A DNA stretch of 64,000 nucleotides. It comes from an uncultured delta proteobacterium (GTDB lineage Bacteria > Myxococcota_A > Polyangia > Polyangiales > Polyangiaceae). The DNA lies in contig CAWDXG010000004.1 of assembly GCA_963806225.1 (NCBI GenBank), positions 960,001 to 1,024,000 of the forward strand, read 5' to 3'. The translations under genes and the position numbers were made by a program. The notes beneath the pieces are model-generated. The model saw nothing but the letters and a program-made list of their open reading frames with translations. It searched no databases and was not told where the DNA came from. Shown in pieces: positions 45,442-54,734 of the stretch (position 1 is the stretch's first letter; every line of letters starts with the position of its first letter).

Positions 45442-46377
45442 CTACAGACAGGAAGGACACCCGACGGGGCAGGTGCTCTGCGCGTTCGGTGCGTAGCAGC
45501 CCGGATACGGCGACTGCGGTCCGCCCTGCTGCACGTCGCAGCAGAGCTGGCTGTCGGGGCAGAAGCTGTTACCGCAGCAGAACGTGCCCGCGGGCGGCAT
45601 CTGCTGGTTTCCGCAGGGCGGCGCAGTGCACTTGCCGTGGTTGCAGTACGGGTGCGTGCCGCCGCACGCGATGCCACACCCGCCGCAGTTGTGGATGTCG
45701 TTGTCGATGTTCGCGCACGACGTGCCGCAGCACGAGAGACCCATACCGCAACCGTTGATCCCGCAACCGCCGCCGCCCCCGCTGCCTCCCGTGCCGTTGC
45801 AGGCCCAGGTGCCGAACTTGCACGCGCAGAAGCCGGGCTGGCCCGCCTTCGCGCAACCGACACCGTCCTGGCAGCACGGCGCGCCGTCCGGGCCGCAGGC
45901 GGTGCAACCACCGGCGCTGCCGCCGTACCCACCGCTGCCGCCGTACGCGCCGCCGCCACCGTACCCACCGCTGCCGCCGTACGCGCCTCCGCCGCCGTAG
46001 CCGCCACCGCCGCTACCCGAGCAACCGCCGGCGGGACACCAGTCACACACCCAGTGGCCATTCGTGCACGTGCAGCCACTGATGTCCGCTCCGGCACCGC
46101 ATTGCGAGCCTTCAGGGCAGCACGGCGCACCGTCCGTGCACATCGAGCTCGCGCAGCCCCCCGCACCGGTACCGCCCCCACCCGTGGCACCCGAGCCGCC
46201 GGTGGCACCCGAACCGCCGGTGGCACCCGAACCGCCCTGACCGCCGCCGCCGCCGGTCGCCGCTGCCCCACCCGCTCCGGCTCCGCCTCCGCCCGTCACG
46301 TGCCCGCCGCAGGCGCCCAGCCCGGAGACCAGGATCACGGAGAATCCGATCAAGGTGCGGGCATGACGAAGCAACAT
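45442..46377 (-). CDS. Cys/Gly-rich lipoprotein, paralog of the downstream gene
   Basis: Lipobox LGAC; GGSGAT and GGYGGGGAY repeats; CCGTSCANIDNDIHNCGGCGIAC. Confidence 0.82.
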   Translation of the reverse strand: MLLRHARTLIGFSVILVSGLGACGGHVTGGGGAGAGGAAATGGGGGQGGSGATGGSGATGGSGATGGGGTGAGGCASSMCTDGAPCCPEGSQCGAGADISGCTCTNGHWVCDWCPAGGCSGSGGGGYGGGGAYGGSGGYGGGGAYGGSGGYGGSAGGCTACGPDGAPCCQDGVGCAKAGQPGFCACKFGTWACNGTGGSGGGGGCGINGCGMGLSCCGTSCANIDNDIHNCGGCGIACGGTHPYCNHGKCTAPPCGNQQMPPAGTFCCGNSFCPDSQLCCDVQQGGPQSPYPGCYAPNAQSTCPVGCPSCL

Positions 46378-46539
46378 CAGACGTCAATCCTATCCGAAAT
46401 CCGTGCCACCAGGCACACGCCGCCGCTTGTCGCTGGGCCCTGTGCGCGGGTCGCGACAGTGTTGCCAGCCCGCGGCAGCGATTGGCACAACCGCTGGCAC
46501 ATCCGCGGCGCGATCAGCCGCAATCCTCGCGAAAAGGGG

Positions 46540-46555
46540 CGGCACGGAACTTGCT
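46540..46555 (+). promoter_or_regulatory. Sigma-54 (-24/-12) promoter
   Basis: CGGCACGGAACTTGCT (GG-N10-GC). Confidence 0.6.
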
Positions 46556-46568
46556 TGATGCGTCCGGC

Positions 46569-46706
46569 ATGACGGTGGACGTGAAGGTCATCCTGCGCAA
46601 CGGCTTCATCGGCTTCGCTCTGGGAGTGGTGGTCATGCTGGGAATCAGCTACGGCGCCCAGACGCTCGGCTCGTCGCCCCCAGCTGCTCCGGCGTCAGCG
46701 CGTTAA
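46569..46706 (+). CDS. 45-aa single-TM small protein
   Basis: MTVDVKVILRNGFIGFALGVVVMLGISYGAQTLGSSPPAAPASAR. Confidence 0.55.
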   Translation: MTVDVKVILRNGFIGFALGVVVMLGISYGAQTLGSSPPAAPASAR

Positions 46707-46725
46707 CGGAAGGCTACAGGCGCCG

Positions 46726-47790
46726 CTACGGACTGTTCTCGCCGACGGCCAGGTAGGCAATGCCGAGGTACAGCTCGCGCGTCGACGCCTGCGGCATGTG
46801 ACGTTCGAGTGACTCCCAGGGGTGGCGCTCGCCGCGCTCGAGCGTGACGCCGTAGGGACGCATCACGGTGAGCGCCAGATCCATCAGCCGCCGCGGCCAG
46901 CCCGGATTCTTGAGATCGAGCACCACCCAGCGGCCCCCCGACGCCAGCGCGCGGGCCCCGCGCTCGATCACGGCGTCGTAGTCTGGACTCAAGGTGAGCG
47001 CGAGCGTGGACAGGATACCGTTCGTTGCGTGCGGGAACTCGAAGCGCGCCGCGTCGCTCTGCACCAGCTCCACGTTGTCCCAGCCGTGGCGCGCGATGCG
47101 GCGGCGCGCCTGCTCGAGCATGGCATCGGTCAAGTCGACGCCGACGAGCCGCCCGCGCGGACCGATGCGCTGCTGGATGAGCTCGAAGTTGGCGCCGGTG
47201 CCGCAGCCGATCTCGACCACGCTGTCGCCCGGCTTCACGCCCAGCGCGTCGACGGCCATGCGCCGGTAGCGCCGGAGCGGAAATGCGAGCCGATAGAGCC
47301 CGGTCGCCACGTCGTAGCTACCGGCGCGCCGTCGGTAGAGCGCCTGCACCGACGCTGGCTCGTCGCCGAGCTCTTCGGCGACGCGTTCGAGCGAGCGCCG
47401 CACGTCGGAGCGCACGAGCCGCTGCATCAGCGGGCCCAGCACACCCAGCCCGCGCGGCAGCTCGTAGTCGATGTCGACCTCGAGCCGCGTCCCGTGCCCC
47501 GCCGGCGACAGCTCCATGGCGGAACGGAAGCTGCTGCCCGCCAGCGTTCCTTCGTAGCGCACGCGCTCGTCGGGCAACCACTCCACCACGCTCTCGCTCG
47601 CATCCAGCGTGAGAGGCCCGAGAGCCGCCCGCCACTCGAACCCAGAACCTTCACCGGTCGCCTCGGGCGTGGTCACGCGCCCGCTCTGGTAGCCGGACAC
47701 GTAGTCCGGGAAGTGATCCGGATCGGTCACGAAGTCCCACACCTCCGAACGTCCTCTACCCAGCTCGATCGCTTCATTCACGTGTCCCAT
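46726..47790 (-). CDS. SRPBCC (START-like) domain fused to a class I SAM methyltransferase
   Basis: EVWDFVTDP...P motif and GTRLEV; then VVEIGCGTG, VGVDLTDAML, DA. Confidence 0.85.
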   Translation of the reverse strand: MGHVNEAIELGRGRSEVWDFVTDPDHFPDYVSGYQSGRVTTPEATGEGSGFEWRAALGPLTLDASESVVEWLPDERVRYEGTLAGSSFRSAMELSPAGHGTRLEVDIDYELPRGLGVLGPLMQRLVRSDVRRSLERVAEELGDEPASVQALYRRRAGSYDVATGLYRLAFPLRRYRRMAVDALGVKPGDSVVEIGCGTGANFELIQQRIGPRGRLVGVDLTDAMLEQARRRIARHGWDNVELVQSDAARFEFPHATNGILSTLALTLSPDYDAVIERGARALASGGRWVVLDLKNPGWPRRLMDLALTVMRPYGVTLERGERHPWESLERHMPQASTRELYLGIAYLAVGENSP

Positions 47791-48442
47791 CTGCTCCACC
47801 TTCCTGACCTGTGCTGGCTTCGACCATCGCGGCCAGCGCGCCCGTCTCGAAACGAGCCATCATCCGCGCCCAACGCTCCGGCTCGAACGCGCTTTTCGCC
47901 TGCGCCGCCTGGTGCACGGCGCCGAGCACCATGCCGACGATCGCGCCCGCAACTGTGGCGAGCTCCGCCTCGTCGAGCCGCCCGCGCACGAGCTGATGCT
48001 CGAGCAGCTCCCGCGCGCGGTCGCGCATCGCGGACAGGAACACCTCGATCTCGTCGGCGAGCGGCCCCTTGCCGAGCGACGCCGCCAGCATCAGCTCGCG
48101 CACGACGTGTCCGTGCTCGATCAGCACGGTCGCGACCGCGCGGTAGAAGCGTTCGAGCTCTGCTTCCACGTCGGCCGCCTGCTCCGCCCGCGAGAAGTCC
48201 AGCTCCAGCGCGGCGGCGGCCACGGGCGCGAGCAGCTGCCGTGCGAGCTCCCCGAGCGCCGCGTCGATGTCCGGGAAGTAGCGGTAGAAGCTGCCCTGCG
48301 CGACCCCCGCCTCGGCCACCACGCGGGGCACGGTCGCACCGAGCGAGCCGTGCCGATGCACGACGTGATCGAGCGCCAGAAGCAGCTCCGCCCTCCGCTC
48401 TTCCGGTTGGAGCCGCCTGCGCTTCCGGGGCCGCACCACCAT
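47774..48442 (-). CDS. TetR/AcrR family transcriptional regulator
   Basis: RRAELL...ATVPRVVAEAGVAQGSFYRYF helix-turn-helix. Confidence 0.9.
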   Translation of the reverse strand: MVVRPRKRRRLQPEERRAELLLALDHVVHRHGSLGATVPRVVAEAGVAQGSFYRYFPDIDAALGELARQLLAPVAAAALELDFSRAEQAADVEAELERFYRAVATVLIEHGHVVRELMLAASLGKGPLADEIEVFLSAMRDRARELLEHQLVRGRLDEAELATVAGAIVGMVLGAVHQAAQAKSAFEPERWARMMARFETGALAAMVEASTGQEGGADGTRE

Positions 48443-48471
48443 CACTAATGACATATATGTCATTAGTGATG
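48440..48471. promoter_or_regulatory. Perfect 32-bp palindrome, probable TetR operator
   Basis: CATCACTAATGACATATATGTCATTAGTGATG, overlapping the tetR start codon. Confidence 0.85.
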
Positions 48472-48507
48472 CGCGCGCAACCCTGCGCCGGCACCGATCG
48501 GCAGGAA

Positions 48508-49761
48508 TCAGCGCGAGCCGGCCAGATCCGTGAGCCCGCGCTCCCGCGCGTTGACCAGGATCGACATGTTGCCGTTGGGGTGCTTGTTCTCGCGCATCAG
48601 CTGGTGCGCGTCGCCCGTCTCGTTGAACTCGAACACGCGCGACAGACACGGATCGACCTTGCCCGCGGTCACCAGATCGTTGATGCCCTTCGCTTGGTCG
48701 TCGTTCGCGAAGTGCGAGCCCTGCAGGCGCTTCTGGCGCATCCAGTGGTAGCGCAGGTCGAGCGTCGCGTTGTAGCCGGTAGTGCCCGCGCAGATCACGA
48801 CCATCCCGCCGGTGTCGCATACGAACACGCTGGTCGGTACCGTCGCCTCACCCGGGTGCTCGAACACGATCGCCGGGTTCTGCTTTTCGCCGAGCGCGTC
48901 CCAGAACGCGCGCCCGAACTTCCTGGCGCCCTTCAGCCACCGCCCGTAGCCGGCATCGTCCTTCCAGTGCGGAAGCATGCCCCAGTGACTGAACTCCTTG
49001 CGGTTCATGACACCCACCGCGCCGAGCTCCTTGCAGTAGGCGACCTTGTCCTCGCTGCTGACCACCGCGACCGGCTTGGCGCCCGCTGCCTTGACGATCT
49101 GGATCGCCATCGAGCCGAGCCCGCCTGCTCCGCCCCAGATGAGCACCGCATCGCCCGCCTGCACCTCGTTGCCGGCCCAGCCGTGCAGCATGCGGTAGGC
49201 CGTGGCGCCGACCAGCATGTAGGCCGCGGCTTCTTCCCAGCTCAGCTTGGGAGGCTTGGGCAGGCACTGGTGGTCCTGCACCTTGGTGAACTGGGCGAAG
49301 CTGCCCCAGTTGGTCTCGTAGCCCCAGATCTTCTGGCTCGGCGCCAGCATCGGGTCCTTGCCGGCCTTCACGTGCGGGTCTTCCGGATCCCACCAGCCGC
49401 AGTGCACGACGACCTCGTCGCCGACCTGGACGTTCTTCACGTCGCTGCCGACCTTCCACACGACGCCGCTCGCGTCGGAGCCGCCGACGTGGAAGTCCTC
49501 CTCGGCCCCAGCCTTCTGGCGCGCCTTGATCACGTCGATCGGCACACCGAGCGCCGCCCACACGTTGTTGTAGTTCACGCCGGCAGCCATCACGTACACG
49601 AGCACGTCGCGGGGCCCCAACGCGGGCACCGGCACCTGCTCCAACCTGAAGGCGTCCTTCGGCTCTCCGAAGCGATCCGGGCGGATGACCTGCGCGTGCA
49701 TGCGCGCCGGCACTTCGCCCAGCTCCGGAATCTCCCCCAGCTCGTAGATTTCCTTCGCCAT
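48508..49761 (-). CDS. ccr: Crotonyl-CoA carboxylase/reductase
   Basis: [52 protein letters not shown]. Confidence 0.95.
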   Translation of the reverse strand: MAKEIYELGEIPELGEVPARMHAQVIRPDRFGEPKDAFRLEQVPVPALGPRDVLVYVMAAGVNYNNVWAALGVPIDVIKARQKAGAEEDFHVGGSDASGVVWKVGSDVKNVQVGDEVVVHCGWWDPEDPHVKAGKDPMLAPSQKIWGYETNWGSFAQFTKVQDHQCLPKPPKLSWEEAAAYMLVGATAYRMLHGWAGNEVQAGDAVLIWGGAGGLGSMAIQIVKAAGAKPVAVVSSEDKVAYCKELGAVGVMNRKEFSHWGMLPHWKDDAGYGRWLKGARKFGRAFWDALGEKQNPAIVFEHPGEATVPTSVFVCDTGGMVVICAGTTGYNATLDLRYHWMRQKRLQGSHFANDDQAKGINDLVTAGKVDPCLSRVFEFNETGDAHQLMRENKHPNGNMSILVNARERGLTDLAGSR

Positions 49762-49822
49762 ACCGGGCGCGCATCCTATAGCGCACTGCGCAATAACGCC
49801 AGCCCGGCCGCCCCGTGGCGGC

Positions 49823-50872
49823 CTAGAAGCCGTATGCGGCTTTCATCTCCGGGTCGCGTTCGGCGATGACGCGGGCGAAGTCGAGCATGACCTGGCACTG
49901 CTTGTAGGTGGCGTCGTCCTGCATCTTGCCGTCGATCATCACGGCGCCGCTGCCGTCGCCCATGGCCTCGACCACGCGGCGGGCCCACGCGACCTCCTCC
50001 GGCGGCGGGCTGAACACCTTCTTCGCGATCTTGATCTGCACGGGATGCAGCGACCACGCGCCCACGCAGCCCATCAGGAACGCGTTGCGGAACTGATCCT
50101 CGCACGCGACGGTGTCGGCGATATCGCCGAAGGGGCCGTAGAACGGCAGGATGTCGTGCGCCGTGCAGGCGTCGACCATGCGCGCCAGCGTGTAGTGCCA
50201 CAGATCCTGCTGCGCGGTCGGCCGCGGCGCCTCGGCATGGTCCGGGTCCGGATCAGCACGCACCAGGTAGCCCGGATGTCCGCCGCCCACGCGCGTCGTC
50301 TTCATACGGCGCGACGCGGCGAGATCCGCCGGGCCCAGGCTGAGCCCCTGCATGCGCGGGCTCGCTGCGCAGATCTGCTCGACCTGGTTCACGCCCGAAG
50401 CCGTCTCGAGGATGGCGTGGACCAAGAGCGGGCGCTTCAGCTGGTGGCGGGCCTCGAGCTGCGCCAGCAGCTGGTCGACGAAGTGGATGTCCTCCGGACC
50501 CTGGACCTTGGGCACCATGATGACCTCGAGCTGGTCGCCAATCTCGCCGACCAGACGCATCACATCGTCGAGGAACCAGGGGCTGTCCAGGGCGTTGACC
50601 CGCGTCCAGAGCTGGGCGCCGCCGCCCTTCCACTCCTTGCCGATCTTCACCAGGCCTTCGCGCGCGTCGACTTTCCGGTCCGACTGCACGCCGTCCTCGA
50701 GGTTGCCGAGCAGGACGTCGACCTTTCCCGCCAGATCCGGCACCTTCGACACCATCTTCGCGTTCGAGGGGTCGAAGAAATGGATCATCCGGGCCGGTTT
50801 GAACGGGATCTCGCGCGGCGGCTCGGGAGCACCAATGGCCAGCGGTTTGAAGAATTCGCGATGGCTTCGCAT
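49823..50872 (-). CDS. mcl: Malyl-CoA/beta-methylmalyl-CoA lyase, Chloroflexus-like type
   Basis: [66 protein letters not shown]. Confidence 0.88.
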   Translation of the reverse strand: MRSHREFFKPLAIGAPEPPREIPFKPARMIHFFDPSNAKMVSKVPDLAGKVDVLLGNLEDGVQSDRKVDAREGLVKIGKEWKGGGAQLWTRVNALDSPWFLDDVMRLVGEIGDQLEVIMVPKVQGPEDIHFVDQLLAQLEARHQLKRPLLVHAILETASGVNQVEQICAASPRMQGLSLGPADLAASRRMKTTRVGGGHPGYLVRADPDPDHAEAPRPTAQQDLWHYTLARMVDACTAHDILPFYGPFGDIADTVACEDQFRNAFLMGCVGAWSLHPVQIKIAKKVFSPPPEEVAWARRVVEAMGDGSGAVMIDGKMQDDATYKQCQVMLDFARVIAERDPEMKAAYGF

Positions 50873-50919
50873 GTCAGAGGGCTTGATCACTTTGTGACGC
50901 GACGCAAGCATGCAGAGCC

Positions 50920-51789
50920 ATGACTGCTGATGCCCGTCCCCGGAGGAGTGTCCTGTACATGCCCGGCTCGAACGCCCGCGCGCAGGAAAAGGCCAAGGGC
51001 CTGCCTGCCGACGGCCTGATCCTCGATCTGGAGGACGCGACGAGCCCGGACGCCAAGCAGGCCGCGCGCGATCAGGTCTGCCAGTCGGTGCGGAGCGGAG
51101 GCTACGGCCGGCGCGAGCTGGTCATCCGCATCAACGGATTGGAGACGCCCTGGGGCAAGACGGATCTGGAGGCTGCATCGAAGGCCGGTCCCGACGCCAT
51201 CCTGATCCCGAAAGTGGAGCGCCCGGAGCAGGTGCTGGACGTGGAGAAGCTCATGGAGAGCCACGGCGCGCCGGCACACACGGCCATCTGGTGCATGATG
51301 GAGACACCGCTCGGCATCCTGCGAGCGCAGGAAATCGCCGCGGCGAGCTCGCGCATCCGCTGCCTGGTGATGGGCACGTCGGATCTGACGAAGGATCTGC
51401 ACGCGCGGCACACGCCGATGCGGCTGCCCATGCTGACCTCGCTGGGGCTGTGCCTGCTCGCGGCCCGCGCCTACGGGCTGGCGATCCTCGACGGCGTGTT
51501 CCTGGATCTGGACGACGAGGAAGCCTTTCACGAGTCGTGTCTGCAGGGGCTGGAGCTGGGCTTCGACGGCAAGACGCTGATCCACCCCAAGCAGGTCGCG
51601 CCGTGCAATGCGGTCTTCTCGCCGTCGCCCGCCGCGGTGGAGCGCGCGCAGCGCGTAATCGAGGCGCACACCGCAGCGCGCAAGGAGGGCAAGGGCGTGG
51701 TGGTGCTCGACGGCAAACTGGTCGAGAATCTGCATGTCGAGGAGGCCAAGCGGATGGTAGCGCTCGCGGACGCCATCTCGACCGAATAG
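50920..51789 (+). CDS. mcl2: CitE-family protein, probable (3S)-malyl-CoA thioesterase
   Basis: [55 protein letters not shown]; pathway context. Confidence 0.78.
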   Translation: MTADARPRRSVLYMPGSNARAQEKAKGLPADGLILDLEDATSPDAKQAARDQVCQSVRSGGYGRRELVIRINGLETPWGKTDLEAASKAGPDAILIPKVERPEQVLDVEKLMESHGAPAHTAIWCMMETPLGILRAQEIAAASSRIRCLVMGTSDLTKDLHARHTPMRLPMLTSLGLCLLAARAYGLAILDGVFLDLDDEEAFHESCLQGLELGFDGKTLIHPKQVAPCNAVFSPSPAAVERAQRVIEAHTAARKEGKGVVVLDGKLVENLHVEEAKRMVALADAISTE

Positions 51790-51790
51790 T

Positions 51791-51826
51791 GTGACATTTT
51801 GACACATATTCGTAGCAAAATGTCAC
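51791..51826. promoter_or_regulatory. AT-rich inverted repeat upstream of mcd
   Basis: GTGACATTTTG-N14-CAAAATGTCAC. Confidence 0.6.
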
Positions 51827-51911
51827 GCTGCGGGGCTGGCGGTCGGTTGACGCGCCGCGTAGAAGACCCTATGAGAACACGTCGGATTTCTGCTCTGGAG
51901 GAGCTGGGACG

Positions 51912-53609
51912 ATGACTGGAACACCCGCCCCGGGAGCCCCGCGACCCGACGAACTGGAGCCGGCCGTCGCGGCCGTGGAGGAACTGTACCGCCGGGCGCT
52001 GTCGAAGCTGCTATCCAAGGTGGTCGACCAGGACAAGGGTCGCGTCTCCGGAAAGCTGCTCGAAGAGCACCAGCTGGCCGCGCACGCCCTGGCCTACCTC
52101 GCCACGGAGCTGGAAGCCTCCCGCCAGCTCGTCGCGTGGGCGAAGCGCGTCAGCGCGGACGGCTCGGGCGGCGAGCTGGAGCTCCGCCTCGCCGGCGCGT
52201 ACGTCGGCGAGCTGGTGCGCGAGCTGCCAGGCGGCGTGAACCTGGGCGCCTGCGAGTCGCTCGGCCTCGGCGAGATGGGGCTCACGGCGGACGACGTGAA
52301 GAGCACGCTGCTCGCTTCCGGAGTACAGGCGATCGCCGAGCGCCACGCGTCAGGCGATGCGGTCTGCCAGCTGGCGCGCCTTTCGCACGAGCAGAGCAGC
52401 TTCGGCGCGCTCGGGCTGGGCGACGAGACGCTGGAAGCGATCCAGAGCGAGTTCCGCAAGTTCGCCCAGCGCGAAGTCGATCCGATCGCGCAGGACGTGC
52501 ACCGCAAGGACGTGCTCATCCCGATGGAGCTCATCGACAAGATGAGCGAGCTCGGTGTGTTCGGGTTGACGATCCCGGAGGAATACGGCGGGCAGGGCCT
52601 GGGCAAGGTCGCGATGTGCGTGGTGACCGAGGAGCTCAGCCGCGGCTACATCGGTGTCGGCTCGCTCGGCACGCGCGCCGAGATCGCCGCGGAGCTGATC
52701 CTGGGCGGCGGCACCGACGAGCAGAAGCAGGAGTGGCTGCCGAAGCTCGCCACCGGCGAGGTGCTACCGACGGCGGTCTTCACCGAGCCGAACTACGGCT
52801 CGGATCTGGCGCACATCAAGACGCGCGCCGAGAAACAGGCGGACGGCTCCTGGCGCGTGAACGGCCAGAAGACATGGATCACGCACGCCACGCGCGCCAA
52901 CCTGATGACGCTGCTCGCCCGCACCAATCCGGACGACGACGGCTACTCGGGACTGAGCATGTTCCTGGCGCCCAAACAGCGCGGCAGCGAGGACAAGCCC
53001 GAGACCGGAGGTTTCCCCGACGAGGGCATCACCGGCACCGAGATCAAGGTGCTCGGCTACCGCGGCATGAAGGAGTTCGAGATCGGCTTCGACAACTTCG
53101 CGGTGCCGGCCGGGGCGCTGCTGGGCGGCAAGCAGGGCCAGGGTTTCAAACAGCTAATGGTCACCTTCGAGAGCGCGCGCATCCAGACAGCGGCGCGCGG
53201 TGTCGGCATCGCCCAGGCAGCGCTCGAAGAGGCGACGAAGTACGCGCACGAACGCATCCAGTTCGGGGCGCCGATCGCGAAGTTCCCGCGCGTGCAACGC
53301 AAGTTGGGCCGCATGATCGCGCGCAACATGGCCACGCGGCAGCTGACATATTTCGCCGCGCGCGAGAAGGACAGTGGCAAGCGTTGCGATCTGGAAGCCG
53401 GGATGGCCAAGCTGCTCGGCACCCGCGCCGCCTGGGAAGCAGCAGATGCGTGCGTGCAGATCCACGGCGGCAACGGCTACGCCGAGGAATACGTGGCGTC
53501 GCGGCTGCTGGTCGACGCGCGCGTGCTCAGCATCTTCGAGGGTGCCAACGAGATCCAGGCGCACGTGATCGCGCGACGGCTGCTTGAACAGGGCATGCAG
53601 AAGGCCTGA
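51912..53609 (+). CDS. mcd: (2S)-methylsuccinyl-CoA dehydrogenase
   Basis: N-terminal extension (QLAAHALAYLAT), EELSRGYIGVGSLGTR, PTAVFTEPN.GSDL, VLGYRGMKE, FESARIQTAAR. Confidence 0.92.
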   Translation: MTGTPAPGAPRPDELEPAVAAVEELYRRALSKLLSKVVDQDKGRVSGKLLEEHQLAAHALAYLATELEASRQLVAWAKRVSADGSGGELELRLAGAYVGELVRELPGGVNLGACESLGLGEMGLTADDVKSTLLASGVQAIAERHASGDAVCQLARLSHEQSSFGALGLGDETLEAIQSEFRKFAQREVDPIAQDVHRKDVLIPMELIDKMSELGVFGLTIPEEYGGQGLGKVAMCVVTEELSRGYIGVGSLGTRAEIAAELILGGGTDEQKQEWLPKLATGEVLPTAVFTEPNYGSDLAHIKTRAEKQADGSWRVNGQKTWITHATRANLMTLLARTNPDDDGYSGLSMFLAPKQRGSEDKPETGGFPDEGITGTEIKVLGYRGMKEFEIGFDNFAVPAGALLGGKQGQGFKQLMVTFESARIQTAARGVGIAQAALEEATKYAHERIQFGAPIAKFPRVQRKLGRMIARNMATRQLTYFAAREKDSGKRCDLEAGMAKLLGTRAAWEAADACVQIHGGNGYAEEYVASRLLVDARVLSIFEGANEIQAHVIARRLLEQGMQKA

Positions 53610-53627
53610 TCCGCGGGAGGAAGACCC

Positions 53628-54713
53628 ATGAGCAGAATCCTCAAGCCTAGCTACGGGCGTCGCCTGGATGACTTCAAGCCGGGTCATGTCTACGAGCACC
53701 CGTGGGACGTGACGGTGGACGAGGGCATGGCGGCCTTCTTCGCTGCGTCGTTCCAGGACGCTACGCCAACGTTCGCGAGCCGCACCTACGCGCAGGCGCT
53801 GGGTTTCCGCGACCGGCCGGTGCACCCGCTCTTGCTGCTCAATCTGGGGCTCAGCTTCAGTGTGCACGACGTGAGCGAGCAGGCGATCGCGCATCTCGCC
53901 TACATCGACGTGCGCTTTCCCGAGCCCTGCTACGCGGGCGATACGCTGACGGCATCGAGCCAGGTGCTGTCGCAGAAGCCGACCTCGAAGGGCGACCGCG
54001 GCGTAGTGGAGGTGCGCACCGTTCTCTCGAACGAGCGTGGCGACGTGGTGTGCCGCTTCGATCGCAAGGCGCTGGTGCGGGCCGGCGCGGTGAGTGGACG
54101 TCCGGCGGATCCCTGGCCGGAGGCGACGCAGCCGGACACGGCGGATGTGCCGCACCTGCCGGCGGTGCTGCGTGAAGGCGTGAAGGCGCCGGCGCGTCGC
54201 GCGGGCTTCGCGGGGTTCTTCGAGGACTTCGAGGTGGGCGACGTGATCGCACACACCGTCGGCAAGACGGTGGGCGAGTCGGAGCACATGCAGCTCACCC
54301 AGCTCTGCCGGAACTCCCACCCCATCCACTTCGACGAGGTCTACTGCAAGGAAAACTCCTTCGCGAAGACGCGCGTGGTGTACGGGGGCCTGGTGCTGTC
54401 GTGGGTGCTCGCGCTCACCAGCCGCGACGTCACCGGCAACGCCGTCTGGGACATGGGGCTCGACCAGGGCGCGCATCCGGGCGGCGTGACAGCCGGGGAC
54501 ACGCTGTACGCGAACACCAAGGTGCTGGAGAAGGAGGACGCAGGCCCCGGCGCCGGCATCCTGACGCTGCGCGTGGTCGGCACGCGGAACACGCCGGGCG
54601 GGGCTCTGGTCGAGCGGGGGCTGTTCGAGCCGGAGCTCGCGAAAAGGGACGACAAGCTGAAAGAGAAGGTCGTCGAGATCACGCGCCGCGTCCTGGTCCG
54701 CAAGCGCCCCTGA
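53628..54713 (+). CDS. mch: Double hot-dog MaoC hydratase, probable mesaconyl-CoA hydratase
   Basis: Two MaoC halves (GRRLDDF...GDTL; FFEDFEVGD...NSHPIHFD...VYGG...GDTLYA); follows mcd. Confidence 0.8.
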   Translation: MSRILKPSYGRRLDDFKPGHVYEHPWDVTVDEGMAAFFAASFQDATPTFASRTYAQALGFRDRPVHPLLLLNLGLSFSVHDVSEQAIAHLAYIDVRFPEPCYAGDTLTASSQVLSQKPTSKGDRGVVEVRTVLSNERGDVVCRFDRKALVRAGAVSGRPADPWPEATQPDTADVPHLPAVLREGVKAPARRAGFAGFFEDFEVGDVIAHTVGKTVGESEHMQLTQLCRNSHPIHFDEVYCKENSFAKTRVVYGGLVLSWVLALTSRDVTGNAVWDMGLDQGAHPGGVTAGDTLYANTKVLEKEDAGPGAGILTLRVVGTRNTPGGALVERGLFEPELAKRDDKLKEKVVEITRRVLVRKRP

Positions 54714-54734
54714 GCCGGGGGGAAGCGCGCATCG

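Noticed and set aside
46482..46499. Additional sigma-54 site TGGCACAACCGCTGGC
   Set aside because: GG-N10 is followed by GG, not GC
46822..49869. 1015-aa plus-strand ORF and similar long Arg/Ala-rich ORFs
   Set aside because: Stop-poor shadow frames opposite real genes in high-GC DNA
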